Below are positions 1-13,200 of a stretch of DNA of 64,000 nt, piece after piece. Origin of the DNA: Chiloscyllium plagiosum (taxonomy: Eukaryota); contig NC_057728.1 of assembly GCF_004010195.1 (NCBI RefSeq), positions 11,655,712-11,719,711 of the forward strand. Reading direction: 5' to 3'. Position 1 is the stretch's first letter, and every line of letters starts with the position of its first letter. The position numbers were made by a program, and so were the translations under genes. The notes under the pieces were generated by a model. That model had not been told where the DNA came from. It worked only from the letters and a program-made list of their open reading frames with translations, and did no database searches.

Positions 1-610
1 GAGGAATTTACTCGGAAAGTTAACAGACTGCTGCCATAGCCTCCAAGTTGGAAACCTGTCAAGTGAAACAATCTAAAATGTACAGTTAACTGTCTACTGA
101 CTTCAAACTAGTTTTAAAGGGAAATTAAATTTTCAAGTACAGTTTATGGGTGTGTAACTCAGTAAAATGGAGACAGATGCAGAATACCTGAGTTTAGAAA
201 CTGGTCAAATGATCCAAATCAGCCAGATTCCAAATTGTGGGCGATCTATTTGGCCAGACTAGGATCCAGGCAATGAAAATAAACAATTCACTTCACTTCT
301 CCCTTCCCAATGAGGTTTATATTTCTTTCCCACAATTTAAAGAATCAATTACCTTAAGAGCCATATATTTGGAAGATTTGAGGGAAGTGACACCGCAGAC
401 TTTGGTGAAGTTATTACTCCACTGCTTGTGAATTTACTTCCCCCAACCTCTCACACCATCTTGACCCAGAATTGCTGTGTTACCCATATTGATTCTATGC
501 AAGAACTTGTCAGTGCCATGTAGAGTTTACCCAGTAAATAAGATTCCACGCATTGTGCTTAAGAGACCATATCCAAACAATGAAAGAAATTACAGGTTCA
601 CCATTTTGTT

Positions 611-616
611 TTTATT
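611..616 (-). promoter_or_regulatory. Candidate polyadenylation signal in the sortilin 3' UTR
   Basis: AATAAA on the minus strand about 200 nt downstream of the stop codon. Usage cannot be shown from sequence. Confidence 0.35.
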
Positions 617-816
617 AGAAGTCGCAAAAAGGAGACTTGCTATAAATTTGCAAACAGCAACAGGTGGCAAAGGAAACTGTCCAGCAGGAAAGACAAACTG
701 CCAGGAGGAGCAGACACCATATCTTTACACATTTATAACTTGATGACTCAAAGTCCATTTTGCAGAGTTAAGTTGGCAAATAATAATTTGCATTTTCAGC
801 TTGGCCAAGTACAGGC

Positions 817-831
817 TTACTCCAGTAGATC
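817..831 (-). CDS. SORT1: Sortilin terminal coding exon (DLLE-stop)
   Basis: ttcccccaaaccag|GAT CTA CTG GAG TAA completes the DXXLL GGA-binding motif (DVDLLE*). Confidence 0.93.
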   Translation of the reverse strand, partial: DLLE

Positions 832-893
832 CTGGTTTGGGGGAAAGGAAAAGAAGAATACATTTGACATTAAAGTATGTTTATAACATTTCT

Positions 894-1950
894 CATAGAG
901 TCATAGAGATGTACAGAACAGAAAAAGACCCTTCGGTCCAACCCGTCCATGCTGACCAGATATCCCAACCCTATCTAGTCCCACCTGCCAGCACCCAACC
1001 CAATTCCCTCCAAATCCTTCCTATTCATGTACACATCCAGATGCCTTTTAAATGTTGCAATTGTACCAACCTTCACCACTTCCTCTGGCAGCTCATTCCT
1101 TACACGTGCCACCCTCTGCATGAAAATGTTGCTCCTTAGGTCCCTTTTATACCTTTCCCCTCTCACCCTAAACCTATGCCCTCTAGTTCTGGACTCCCCC
1201 ACCCCAGGGAAGACACTGTCTATTTACTCTACCCATGCCCTTCATGATTTTATAAACCTCTATAAAGTCACCCCTCAGCCTCCGTGCTCCAGGGAAAATA
1301 GCCCTAACCTATTCAACCTCTCCCTACAGCTCAAATCCTCCAACCCTGGCAACATCCTTGTAAATCTTTTCTGAACCCTTCAAGTTTCACAACAGAGACC
1401 AGAACTGCACGCAATATTCCAAAAGTGGCCTAACCATTGTCCTGTATGGCCGCAACATGACCTCCCAACGCCTGTACTCTATACTCTGACCAATAAAGGA
1501 AGGCATACTAAACACATTCTTCACTGTCCTATCTACCTGTAACTCTACTTTCAATGAGCTATGAATCTGCACTCCAAGGTCTCTTTGGTCCTCGGGACTG
1601 CTGATGAACATACTATTAAGATTTGCTTTCCCAAAATGCTGCATCTCACATTTATCTAAATCAAACTTCTACCACTTCTCAGCTCATTGTTCCATCTGAT
1701 CAAAATCCCACTGTAACCCGAGTTAACCGTCTTTGCTGACCACTGCACCTCCAATTTTGGTGTCACCTGCAAACTTACTAACTATACTTATGTTCACATC
1801 CAAATCATTTATATAAATGCCGAAAAGTAGTGGACCCAGCACTGATCCTTGTGGCACTCCACTGGTCACAGGCCTCCAGTCTAAAAAACAACCCTCCATC
1901 ATCACCCTCTGTCTTCTATCTTTGAGCCAGTTCTGTATCCAAATGGCTTG
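894..1950 (-). mobile_element. CR1/HER1 LINE 3' fragment
   Basis: RT motifs [14 protein letters not shown] and KFAGDTK; C-terminal RTRGHRFR; short-repeat tail. Confidence 0.9.
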
Positions 1951-2280
1951 TAATAAAACACCTACGCATGGGAAACCAAGATTCCTTTCAGCTCACATCT
2001 GTCCATGCTACTTCATAAATAACAGTTGGCTCAACATATATAAAGTCACCAAGAACTTAAGTTTTGTGAATTAGTGGTCAGCTCTGGGATAAAGGAAAAA
2101 AAAACTAAATCAGGGAGACAATATCAGTATAATTCAACAGCAAAAGGTTTTGTTCAATCGTGGCTGTGTCTTTGGTAAATCTTACCCTGTGCAATAAAAT
2201 GTTTTCATAAGCTATGGGGTGACTAACTTTTTATTGATCGCGCATTTGAGGGATAATACTGATACTGTGTACACTTATGG

Positions 2281-2585
2281 TTTTTTTTATTCATTTATGG
2301 GATGATGGCATCAGTGGTTAGGCAGGCATTTGTTGCTCATCCCTCATTGTCCAGAGGCCACTTAAGAGGTAACCACATTGCTTTGGGTCTGGAGTCACAT
2401 GTCGGCCAGACCAGGTAAGGATGGCAGTTTCCTTCCCTAAAGGACATTAGTGAACCGATAGGTTTTTCCCGACAATCGGCAATGGATCTTAATTGCAGCC
2501 TCTGCCATGGCAGGATTCAAACCCAGGTCACCTAGGTCTCTGGATTAACACTCCAGCATTAAGACTACAAGGCTGTCACCTCTCC
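2281..2585 (-). mobile_element. tRNA-derived SINE, second family
   Basis: Shares cactaatgtcctttagggaaggaaa...aatgtggttacctcttaa with 59040-59390. Its 3' end matches the LINE end at 30194-30255. Confidence 0.7.
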
Positions 2586-4090
2586 AAGCATCGGAAAGCA
2601 GAAGGAGGCCACTCAACCCATCATGCTCCTTGATAAAAATATCCCATCAGTCAGTTCACCTCACTGTAATTTCCCATGAATTCATAAAATTATTCCACAT
2701 TGAGGAAAAGCTAAAGAAAAATCTATAAATACTACTTGAATTCAGTTCATAGTTTCAGCATGGAGTATGGTCACTGTAACTGTACTGGAAGCCAGATAGT
2801 TGATTGCAAGATGACAGACTTTCCACAGATTCTCAGATCTGCCTACTTTGGAAATCGCATGGTCACGGCTCAAATGTTGGTGTACAAGAACAGTCTTTTT
2901 GCTGTGGAAAATTATCCCCAAATGTGTGCAACCGTGCAGAATGTCCAGATAATTTCAAAACGAAATGCAGGTCACCTTTCTATTCGATGTTGGTTAATGT
3001 TGTCTGTGATGTAACATTGAGTTGGAGCCCTTTATGGTACAGTAGATATCAATGGCCCATTGAACTTATGTCAGGGTCTTGGCAGAGCTGTCCACTCAGT
3101 GCCATCACCCTGCTGTACCCCCATGACCATACAGCTGGAATTCCCTAAAAGTGTTTATCCAATTTCTTTCTAAAGTTATTAATTATCTCAACTCCTCGCA
3201 CTTATCAGTTTAGAATGTGGTTTTAAATTGGCCACAATGAGTCCTCATAATGGGACAATCTGTAGACTTTTTTTGTGGGGTGGGGTCGGAAATGAAGATC
3301 CGTAGGATGCGGAAATAAAGAAGCCAAGTTTTAGCTGCCACAGCCCTGACTGAAAGCATTTTCAGGCAGACCCAGGGTCAACATCAATCCTGTTTCAGGC
3401 AAGTGATTGTTCAGTAATGCAAATGTTTGAACAATCTATTGTAGGACCTTGAATGTAACTATGAAGTTCAAGAGGGAGAAGAGTGCACTGCACACGCTCC
3501 ATCCATTTAGGACAGGGAGTAGTCCAAAAGGTGACAGTTGGAGACAGCCTCACTAAAGAATCCTAGATTTTCTTTGATCTTTACACTCCTGGCACTGCAA
3601 ATAGACTGGGGCTCAGAGTTGGCCTGTGATAATTGGCCCAACCGCTCAGGCTCAATAGCAAACCAGCCATTTCCTGTCTTCCCAGGGCTGGCTGTAATCC
3701 AAAGCAGCCCAAGTCAGGAAATGGTTACTGACTTCCTCACTCGATTGCTCTGCTCACTCACAACTGGCTCAGATGGAATTCCTCCTCTTGTTTGATTTGT
3801 AAGACTTGTGCACAATGCTCTTGTAACGCAAAGGGCCCCAGTACAAGGTTTGCAGAGGCAAGCAGGTTTGGAGAACCAAGAATGCCTGTTCCATGTCATT
3901 ATAAAGCAATTTCTTTCCTAACCAAAGTAATAACTCGGCATTTAGGTAAGACCCACTGGGGAGGCTGCTCTTGGTCAAGATATTACAGCTAATGACTCTC
4001 CCACTTTTCTCCAAGGCACTCAAACATTTGACTTTATTCTCTTACAAGTCACTAGAAGTTTGGAGTTTAGCTTTTATATTGTTTATGAGG

Positions 4091-4205
4091 AGAAAGTGAG
4101 GTCTGCAGATGCTGGAGATCAGAGCTGGAAATGTGTTGCTGGAAAAGCGCAGCAGGTCAGGCAGCATCCAGGGAACAGGAGAATCGACGTTTCGGGCATA
4201 AGCCC
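4091..4205 (-). mobile_element. Short Penelope-derived insertion with 12-bp TSD
   Basis: Near-identical to 60733-60852. Flanked by ttgtttatgagg at 4079-4090 and 4206-4217. Confidence 0.8.
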
Positions 4206-4416
4206 TTGTTTATGAGGCCAAGGATCAAGAGAAAGTATTTAGGACCAATGGTTTGCCCGTATAAACTTAGCACAATTGGGAACTTGTGGACTCACAATGT
4301 GAAAAGTCAAACAAAGTGCTCTGTCAAATAAGCAAAGACATGAACAATAAATACAAGTAAATGAACCATCCTGAGTTCACTCACTGAGCACACTTTAAAA
4401 TAGATGAGGTACTCAC

Positions 4417-4534
4417 AACATCAGAATCATCATGATAAACTCTTTCAGTGCTTGTTCTGCTGCTGTCCAGATGATCAGCAATGCAGGCCTCATCAGTATT
4501 GGTTTTCAGGACTGAATAACGATAGACCAAGGTT
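4417..4534 (-). CDS. SORT1: Sortilin cytoplasmic-tail exon (about exon 19)
   Basis: gtgtag|...|gtgagt, 118 nt, phase 2 to 0. Translates TLVYRYSVLKTNTDEACIADHLDSSRTSTERVYHDDSDV, with the YSVL motif and acidic cluster. Confidence 0.94.
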
Positions 4535-4654
4535 CTACACAGAAAGAGAAGCAATTCAGTGGTTTTGGGCAATTCCATACTTATTGGAATGGATAAAGAT
4601 ATTGGATCAAATGTTTAATACCTGATCACCTCAAAATGAAATAAGACGACTGAA

Positions 4655-4935
4655 TCTTAGAATCCTTACAATGTGGAAGCAAGCTATTTGCCCCATTGAG
4701 TCCATACTGACCCTCGCAACAGCATCCCACCCAGAGCCACCTCCCTACTCTATCCCTGTAACCTTACATTCCCATATGGCTAATCCATCCCTGGACACTC
4801 TGGGCAATTTAGCCTGGTCCTAACTTGCACAACTTTGGACTGTGGGAGGAAACCCATGCAAACACGGGGAGAATGTGCAAACTCCACACAGACACCCGAG
4901 GGTGGAATTGTTTTGGGCCACTGAGCCACCGTGTC
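4655..4935 (-). mobile_element. HE1-type SINE
   Basis: Reverse-strand similarity to 33267-33588. Confidence 0.8.
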
Positions 4936-5195
4936 ACTTACAGGAATATCCTGCGATGAACTGGATGCACATTTAGACAGTCCACTAACCAGAAAGCTGT
5001 GAACCAGTGATTAAAGTTAAAATAATATCCAAAAGTTAAAAATAAATTGGCAAACTCTTAATTGCTTACTGAATGTGCGGTTTGTGGCCAACTCCTTTAT
5101 GCTTTTACATTTTAACCTCTTATGTTCCTGCAGATATTGTTGCTAAGAGCTTAGTCTGATGACATGCTTTATAAAGAGCAGAAACTTTCAAATTA

Positions 5196-5402
5196 CAGGT
5201 AGTTCTATAATATGATGGTTGCATTCCTGTGCAACCCTGTGTTAGAGAAAAATTGTACTTTAGAAACAGTGCTTAAAGTGTTGCCGATGTAATTGCGTTA
5301 CATCCAAAACATGTTTTAAAAGTTCGTGCTTTAGAAACAATTCATCAATCGTGTTATAGCGAATTTGCGTTAACAAAACATGTGTTATAGCAGAATGATC
5401 TG
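5196..5402. mobile_element. Tc1/pogo (Tigger-like) MITE
   Basis: TA|CAGGTAGTTCTATAA...TTATAGCAGAATGATCTG|TA: imperfect TIRs with TA flanks. Confidence 0.65.
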
Positions 5403-5659
5403 TAGACAATAACCAGTTCAAATGGAATGGCAACATTTATTCACAGTTCAGTAATAACTGGAAGTAAGATGATCAGTGATCAGAATAACACTGTTTGAAA
5501 CTAACATCTATGGTACACACCAACATGCTTCCTGAACCAGCTCACTGTGAAATGCATAACCAAAATACTGTTGAGCAGAGATGACTTTCACTTGTTTGAC
5601 TTTGGAAAACAGAGGTGACTAAAAAAAAGGAAGACCAATTAGAAATGTCAAGCTCTTAC

Positions 5660-5769
5660 CTTCCTCCACACACATATTTCTTAAAAATAAGAACAACGCC
5701 GATCATCATCAGCACTGCTGCTGCCAACGCACTTACTACAATGATGACAACAGTAATCTTGGGTAACTG
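5660..5769 (-). CDS. SORT1: Sortilin transmembrane exon (about exon 18)
   Basis: ttcttag|CAG tandem acceptor (alternative boundary 5766) to |gtaaga. Translates QLPKITVVIIVVSALAAAVLMMIGVVLIFKKYVCGGR: a hydrophobic helix followed by the conserved KKYVCGGR. Confidence 0.94.
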
Positions 5770-5909
5770 CTAAGAAAAACATTTACAAAATTCAAACAAC
5801 TGAAACTCATTTTAGTTACATGTAACATGCATAAAGAATTTACACTTGTACAGCACCATACTACATCTAGCACAGAATTTTCTGAAATATAAGCTTGAAT
5901 GGTAGGATT

Positions 5910-6250
5910 AGAAACATAGAAACAGGAAAAGTAGTAGGCCCATCAGCCTTCAAGTCTGCTCCACCACTCAATATGATCATGGTTTATGGTCCAACTCAAT
6001 ACCCTGTTCCCATTTTCTTTCCCATACCATATGATCCCCAAGAACTATATCCAACTCCTTCTTGAGAACATTCAATATTTTGGTGTCAACTGCTTTCTAT
6101 GGTAGAGAATTCCACAGGCTCATCATTCTCTGGGTGAAGAGTTTTCTCCTCATCTCAGTCCTAAATTGTCTACCCTCTATCCTTAGCCTGTGACTTCTGG
6201 GTTTGGATTTCCCAGTCATTGGGATCATTATTCCGTGGGTGTTTACCCTG
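5910..6250 (-). mobile_element. Old CR1 LINE 3' end
   Basis: agaaacatagaaa tail and 3' UTR similarity to 57450-57725 and 20340-20575. Confidence 0.65.
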
Positions 6251-6329
6251 TCAAGTTAAATATGGTGTACTGCTAACTTGCAGCGCAACCCAGACCTCCC
6301 AATAGTGAGTGGAAATTTGAGAAAAAAAC

Positions 6330-8690
6330 TTGTAAGGAGATCTCAGCATGGGAATAATAGGGTGGTTATAGTAGGGGTTTTTAATTACCAAACACAGACT
6401 GGGACTGCCAAAGTGTTATGGGCTTAGATGGAGAAGAATTAGTTAAGTGCATACAAGAAAATTTTCTGATTCAGTACATGAATGTACCTACCAGAGAAAG
6501 CGCAAAAACTTGGCCTACTCTTGGGAAATACGGCAGGACAGGTGACTGAGGTGACAGTGGGGGAGCACTTTGGGGGGCAGCGATCATAATTCTATTAGTT
6601 TTAAAATAGTGATGGAAAAGGATAGAGAGGATCTAAAAATTAAAGTTCTAAATTAGAGGAAGGCCAATTTTGACAACACTAGACAAGAACTTTCAAAAGT
6701 TGCCGGGGAGGGGGGGGAGGGGGCTTCGTAGGTAAAGGGACGGCTGGAAAATGGGACACCTTCAAAATTGAGAAAACAAGAGTCCACAAGAAATATGTAC
6801 ATGTTAGAGTGAAAGGCAAGGCAGATATGTGTCGGAAATGCTGGATGACTGGAGAAATTAGGGCTTTGGTCAAGAAAAAGAAGGAAGCATATGTCAAGAA
6901 CAGACAGCAGGGATCAAGTAAATCCCTTGAAGAGTATAAAGGCAGGAAATGTATACTTAAGAGGAAAATCAGAGGGTAAAAAGGGTACACAAAATAAGTT
7001 TGGCAAATAGGGTTAAGGAGAATCCAAAGGGATTCAAAAATAGATGAAGGACAAAAAGGTAACTAGAGAGAGAATACGGCCCCTTAAAGATCAGCAAGGC
7101 CGTCTACATGTGGAACCGCAGGAGATGGGCGAGATATTAAACAAGTATTTTTCATCAGTGTTTGCTACAAAGAAGCTATTGAGAATGGGGAAATAAATAA
7201 GGACATCTTGAGAACTGACCATAATTCCAGAGGTGGTGGTGCTGGACGTCTTAAAATGCATAAAAGTGGATAAATCCCAGGAACCTGATCAGTTGTACCC
7301 TAGAACTCTGTGGGAAGTGAGGGAAGAGATTGCTGGTCCTCTTGCTATTTGTATCATTAGTAGCCATAGGTGAGATGCTGGAAGTCTATAGGCTGACTAA
7401 CGTGGTACCACTACTTAAAGGTGGTAAGGAAAAACCAGGGAACAATAGAGCATTGAACCAGATACTGGTAGTGGGCAGGTGTTGGACAGAATCCTGTACG
7501 ACAGGATTTACATGTATTTGGAAAGGTGAGAACTGATTAGGAATAGTGAACATAGCTTTGTACGTGAGAAATCCTGTCTCATTAACTCTCACTGAGTTTT
7601 TTAAAGAAGTAACAAAGAGGATTGATGAGGGCAGAGCAGTGGATGTGATCTATATGGACTTCAGTAAGGAATTTGACAAGCTTCTTCATGGTAGACTGAT
7701 TAGCAAGATTAAATCACATGGAATATAGATACAATTAGCTATTTGGATACGGAACTGGCTCAAAGGTAGAAGACAGAGAGAAGGTGGTGGTGGTGGAGGG
7801 TAGCTTTTCAGACTGGAGGCCTGTGCCACAAGTTTTGGTGCTGGTCCACTGCTTTTTGTCATTTATGTAAACTATTTGGATGTGAACATAGGGGGTATGG
7901 TTAGTAAGTTTGCAGATGACATTAAAATTGGAGATGCAGTAGACAATGAAGAAGGCTACCTCAGATACAGTGGGATCTTGATCAGATGGGTCAATGGGCC
8001 GAGGAGTGATAGATTGAGTTTAATTTAGATAAACATGAGGTGCTGCAGTTTGGAAAGACAAATCAGGGCAGGACTTATACACTTAATGGGGAGTGTTGCT
8101 GAACAAGAGACCTTGGAGTACAGGCTCATATTTCCTTAAAGTGGAGTCACAGGTAGATAGAATAGTGAAGGCAACATTTGTTATGCTTACCTTTATTGGT
8201 CACCACATTGAGTATAGGAGTTGAGGAGGTCATGTTGTGGCTGTACAGGCCATTGGTTTGGCCATATTTGGAGTAATTCATGCAATTCTTGGATGTTGTG
8301 AAACTTGAAAGGGTTTAAAAAAGATTTACAAGGGTGTTGCCAGGGTTGAAGGATTTGAGCAACAGGAAGAGGCAGAATAGGCTGGGTTACTTTCTCTAGA
8401 GCTTCGGAGGCTGAAGGGTGATAGGCAAGGTGCTCTCCGGGGATGGGGCAGTCCAAAACTACAGGGCAGAGAATGTTGATTGTATGGAATGAGCTGCCAG
8501 AGGCAATGGTAGGGGCTGGTACGATTACAACATTTAAAAGACATCTGGATGGATCTATGAATAGGAACGGTTTACAGGGATATGGACCAAAAGCTAGCAA
8601 ACGGGACTATATTTATATAGGATATCTGGCTGGCACGGAAAGGTTGGACTGAAAGGTCTGTTTCCATGCTGTATTTCTTTATGATTCTAA
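6330..8690 (+). mobile_element. CR1/HER1 LINE ORF2 fragment, endonuclease to 3' end
   Basis: Decayed DHNSISF, VDVIYMDFSKEFD, KFADD and WNELPE segments; tail ending in ttctaa. Confidence 0.9.
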
Positions 8691-9299
8691 CACAAAAACT
8701 TGATGGTATACACATACATGCCTGAATTCCATATTGATTCTGTGAAATCCTTGCCCTTTCATAAATGTAATCCCAATTTCCTGTAACCACCTCAGAAATA
8801 TACAGCTCATACAAATTTCCTACAGTGATGCAGTTCTGAATAGGGTGGTAAACTTATGGATAAAATTAATAATGAAACTAAAACCACACTTTTGTTTTTT
8901 TTATACGGGAGTGTTTTTTTTAAACACCAAATTACTTCCTGAGGAATTAAATGTTTGTTTTTGTTTTTAAATGTATCAGATTTTAAACAATTACAGACTT
9001 CCATTGTTGCATTTTCTTATATGCACCGTACCTGTGTGTAAATGATAGCTTGATATACTTCTTTAATTTCTTCTTTGAGCATGGAAATTAAGCAAACAAA
9101 GAAAACTGAGCTACCCTTGAGCTCTGATTGTTCACCCTGATTTTACCCTTCCGCGTAAACTAACTTTACTCTCAGAAAGTCTTGAAGTTATTATCCAATG
9201 GGATGATATTGACTTAAATGTTGACATAAACTCATAATTAGGTCATTGCAGAAACTTCTGTATCAGTACATGAAATCGATTTAGAAATTCTATTACTGT

Positions 9300-9620
9300 T
9301 GTTCACAGTGTGGAAACAGGCCCTTCGGCCCGACAAGTCCACTTCGACTCACCGAAGAGTAACTCACCAGACCCATTCCTCCTATGCTATATGTGCCTAA
9401 CCTACGCATCCCTGAACACTCTGGGCAATTTAGCATGGCCAATCCACCTAACCTGCACATCTTTTGGAATGTGGGAGGAAACCGGAGCAATCGGAGGAAA
9501 CCCACACAGGCAGGGGGAGAATGTGCAAACTCCACACAGATGGTCACCCAAGGCTGGAATCGAACCCAGGTCCCTGGCACTGCGAGGCAGCAGTACTAAC
9601 ACTGAGCCACTATGTTGTGC
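9300..9620 (-). mobile_element. HE1-type SINE
   Basis: Reverse-strand copy with B box GGTTCGATTCC. Confidence 0.88.
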
Positions 9621-11222
9621 AGGGAAACAGCCATTTTGCAAGTAGCAAATCTGCATTTTTGATAGCTGAGAGGGGACTACAGAAATGATATTAGAACTTG
9701 ATATACTTCTTTAAAAAGATTGTCTTGGTCCTTTGAATTTTCAATTGAACGACAGGAAAAAATTTTTGGGCGGAGGAGTGGAGTGGTGATGGCAGTGGAC
9801 TAGGGGTTGGTAGTTTTATTGCCTTTATCTAAAAAATGGAATCTCTTAATAAAAATTCAGCACACTTTTCATACAGGAATCTTAGCTTAGATCATGTTAT
9901 CAAATAGAAAGAATACCAATCTTACACCTATTTCATTTCCTTTCTGTGTCACACACTTCATTGATACTTTTGGAGTGGCTCATAAAGGTCACTGCTTAAT
10001 GCATTCCTCTATTTTGTACAGAGTAACCAATCCCACACATCAGTAACAAAGTAACGATCCCACACATTTACTAATACAATTAATGTGAGTTATCCAACCA
10101 AGATAAACAACTCAAAATTATGATGGTTTCTTTAAGCATGATACATGTCATGAAATAGAAATCTAAATGGATTGGAACAAAACAGAATTAAATGTTATGC
10201 AATGCCCATTGACTGCAGGTTTCTGTCAAGTTGACTATTTTGCAGAACTAAGTAGAAACACAAAGCTTCCATCTAATCCTATTATAAGAGGGGGAAAAAC
10301 AAAATCACCTCTGACAACTATCTCTGAAACTCAAAACTGAACTAAACTTTATGAGCAGCTGATCATACCACAAAATCTTCCCATTATTTCAAAATCTATT
10401 TAATCAGTGAGTCAGCAATGAGAACTAATCCATATCTGAACCAAAGTAGGGTAGTGGCAGTGGTAATGTCAGCTGATTAGCAATTGAGAATCCAGGTTAA
10501 TGTTCTGAGGACATTAACTTCTAAACATTTATTTTTAAATCGCTGAGGCCAAAAGGATGCTAAATTTGTTTGTAAATCTCTGGCTCTAAATTTATTATAT
10601 ATCAGTGTCTGTGGACAACTACAAAATGTGAGTTGACCAGGAAATGTGCAGGCGCACAATTCCAGACCTGCTACATCAGGATGTAAAATATGCTTTCGAC
10701 ACCTTACACAAAGGCTGCATGGCAGAGAAGATGACCGATTCTGAAAAGTGGTTCAGTGATGAGGAATGAGGATTGGGAGAGAGGGAAACATGGGATGGTC
10801 ACACGGGACTGGGAAGCTGTGTCCTCCCCCACCCTGTTTCCTGGGTCCCGGGTTGCGTTCCAATTCTTTCCAGGTTCCAGGATGTATTTCCCCATCCCAT
10901 CTGGAATCTCCCTCCTCCATCTGAAAACTTAAGTGCTACACAGGGCTCATGTGCTGGTGTCAGCAAACAAAGACATGTATACACATAGATGAAAGAAGAC
11001 AACAATCAGACCTCACAATATGTATTGCATCATTTCACTGTTAAAGTGTATAGCCCATAATATTCCATCCATTACACTCAGTGTACCCACAATTACCTAA
11101 GCTGGTAGATGGTGCTTATTCAAGAATTTCCCCTGATGCTTCAGCCAGAATCTGCTCAAGCATACTACCAAGAATATAAATGGATAAGTTGTTCTTCTTT
11201 CCATACAGCTCAGCTTACTTAC

Positions 11223-11328
11223 AGGATCTTTCAGTGACAAAACCTTCTCACATCTCACGTTTGTGATTTGTTCTGATCGATTGGGCATGAAACCACCTTC
11301 ACATTTATCACCGGGAACTTTTCGATAC
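11223..11328 (-). CDS. SORT1: Sortilin coding exon (about exon 17), end of 10CC and stalk
   Basis: tttaaag|...|gtaagt, 106 nt, phase 2 to 0. Translates YRKVPGDKCEGGFMPNRSEQITNVRCEKVLSLKDP. Confidence 0.94.
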
Positions 11329-11784
11329 CTTTAAAAGATAAAAATTCATATTTTTAGAAAAGTTCTGTCATTAATATATCTTGGTAGGAGATCATAGACC
11401 AGCTGTGATGACAGCAGTTGTCTTTTCCATTCTCTGTAGAGATGACTCAACTACAACTTTACAGATATTTTACTTTGAAATAAGAAGTTCTCATGGTAGC
11501 AGCAACCAAAAGAAGTAACCATTTGTATGTGCAAGATTATTTTCTTGTATAATACTTTCCTTCAATTGTAATGATGATAAAAGTACATTATGTGTCAATG
11601 CAGATAAATTCAAGCATTCAGCAAAAAGAGTATGTGAAAGTCATTTACTTTTACCCCTAAGTTTTTAGGATAATTGCCACAAAGGAATGGCCCAATGCCT
11701 CTGTCCACACTGAAGGTGAATTTTGTGCTCGTGGTCTGCTATTAACAACATAACTAACCAGAAAGGAAATTAGTCTCTATTTAG

Positions 11785-13200
11785 ATTTGAAGAGTTTTAC
11801 AGCACAAAATGAGGCCCTTTGGCCCACCAAGTCCAGCTGGCCATTTAAGCACCTATCTGTTCTAGTCCCGCTTCCCAGCACTTGGCCCACAATTTTGGAG
11901 AGACTTACTTGGCCTTTTACTTTCTCGATCAGTCTCTCGTGCAAGACCTTGTGAATATGCCTTACTGAAGTTCTATATTGACTATCTCCACTGCATTACT
12001 CTCATCCACACAAACAGACACTTTCTCAAAAAATCCAATCAAACCTGTCAGACATGATCTCCCCCTGACAAAGCCATGTTGACTATCTCATATTAATCCT
12101 TGCCTCTCCAAGTGGAGATTAATTTGGTTCCTCAGAGATTTTTCCAACAGTTTCTATACAACCGATATCAGACTCACTGCCCTAAAATTCCCTGGATTAT
12201 CCCTACCATCCTTCTGGAACAACTATACATTAGCTGTCTTTCCATCCTACTTCTGTATCCAAATAGAATTTGAAAGTTATTGTCAGAGCTGCTGCAATTT
12301 TCTCCCTTGCCTACCACAGCAACTGGATATATCTCATCTGGGCATGTGATTTATTCACATTCAAGCCTGATAAAACTGTGAATAGCTCACCTCTCATACT
12401 AATTTGTTCAATACATCACAGTCTACCTTTCTGATTTTTGTACCTTCATTGTTCTTCTCTGTAATGAATACAGATGCAAGGTATTCATTTAAAAGCTCAG
12501 TATGCCTCCTGGCTCCACACATAAATTGCTGCTTGGGTCCATAATGAGCCCCACTCTTTCCCTGGTTATCATCCTCTAGTCCTATTAAACTTCTAAGATG
12601 CCTTTGGATTTTTCTTTGTTTTATATGCCAGTGTTTATTCATGCTGCCCTTTCATATTACTAATATCTTTTTTTAAAGTAGCCCCCTGCATTTTTATATT
12701 TGGGGTTTCTGGTGTTCAGAATCCTCAACATCTACTGTAAGCTTTTCTTTATTCAACTTGCACGTTCTATATACTACAGTTCTCTGGAATTTTTGGTTCT
12801 ACTCTTCACCTTTCCAGGAAGTTATTGGCCTTGCATGGTCAACCGTCACTGCTCAAATGTAGATTTTCCTACAAGTCCACTTTGGCCTTCCACAATTTAA
12901 AACCTACATTTCTGGTCCTCTGTGGTCCTTTTCCATGCCTACCTTAAATTTTTACAGAGTTTTGGTCACGATCACTGAAATGTTTTCCCTCTGACACATT
13001 TACCACTTGCCTGACTTCAATCTCTGAATCGAAGTCCTGCGCCACCCTGTCCCTTGTTGGAGTTTCTACATGCTGGCTTTAATAAAGTCTCCCAGATACA
13101 TTTTAAGAATTCCACCCCCTCTAATTTGTCTATCCTAGTTAATGGTGAAGTTGAAACTCCTATTATTTTTACATTTCTCTGAAATCTTTCAGTATGTTCC
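11785..13200 (-). mobile_element. Old, internally deleted CR1 LINE
   Basis: ELLNEYLASVF and LEGVEFLKCIWE remnants; CR1 3' UTR at the left end. Confidence 0.75.

Noticed and set aside
9115-9136. Possible small alternative exon analogous to mammalian exon 17b
   Set aside because: Weak splice sites, no polypyrimidine tract and no similarity evidence.
9293-9688. Overlapping short ORFs repeated at 33173-33441 and 56943-57302
   Set aside because: Translations of HE1 SINE copies. The tRNA-like heads are SINE promoters, not tRNA genes.
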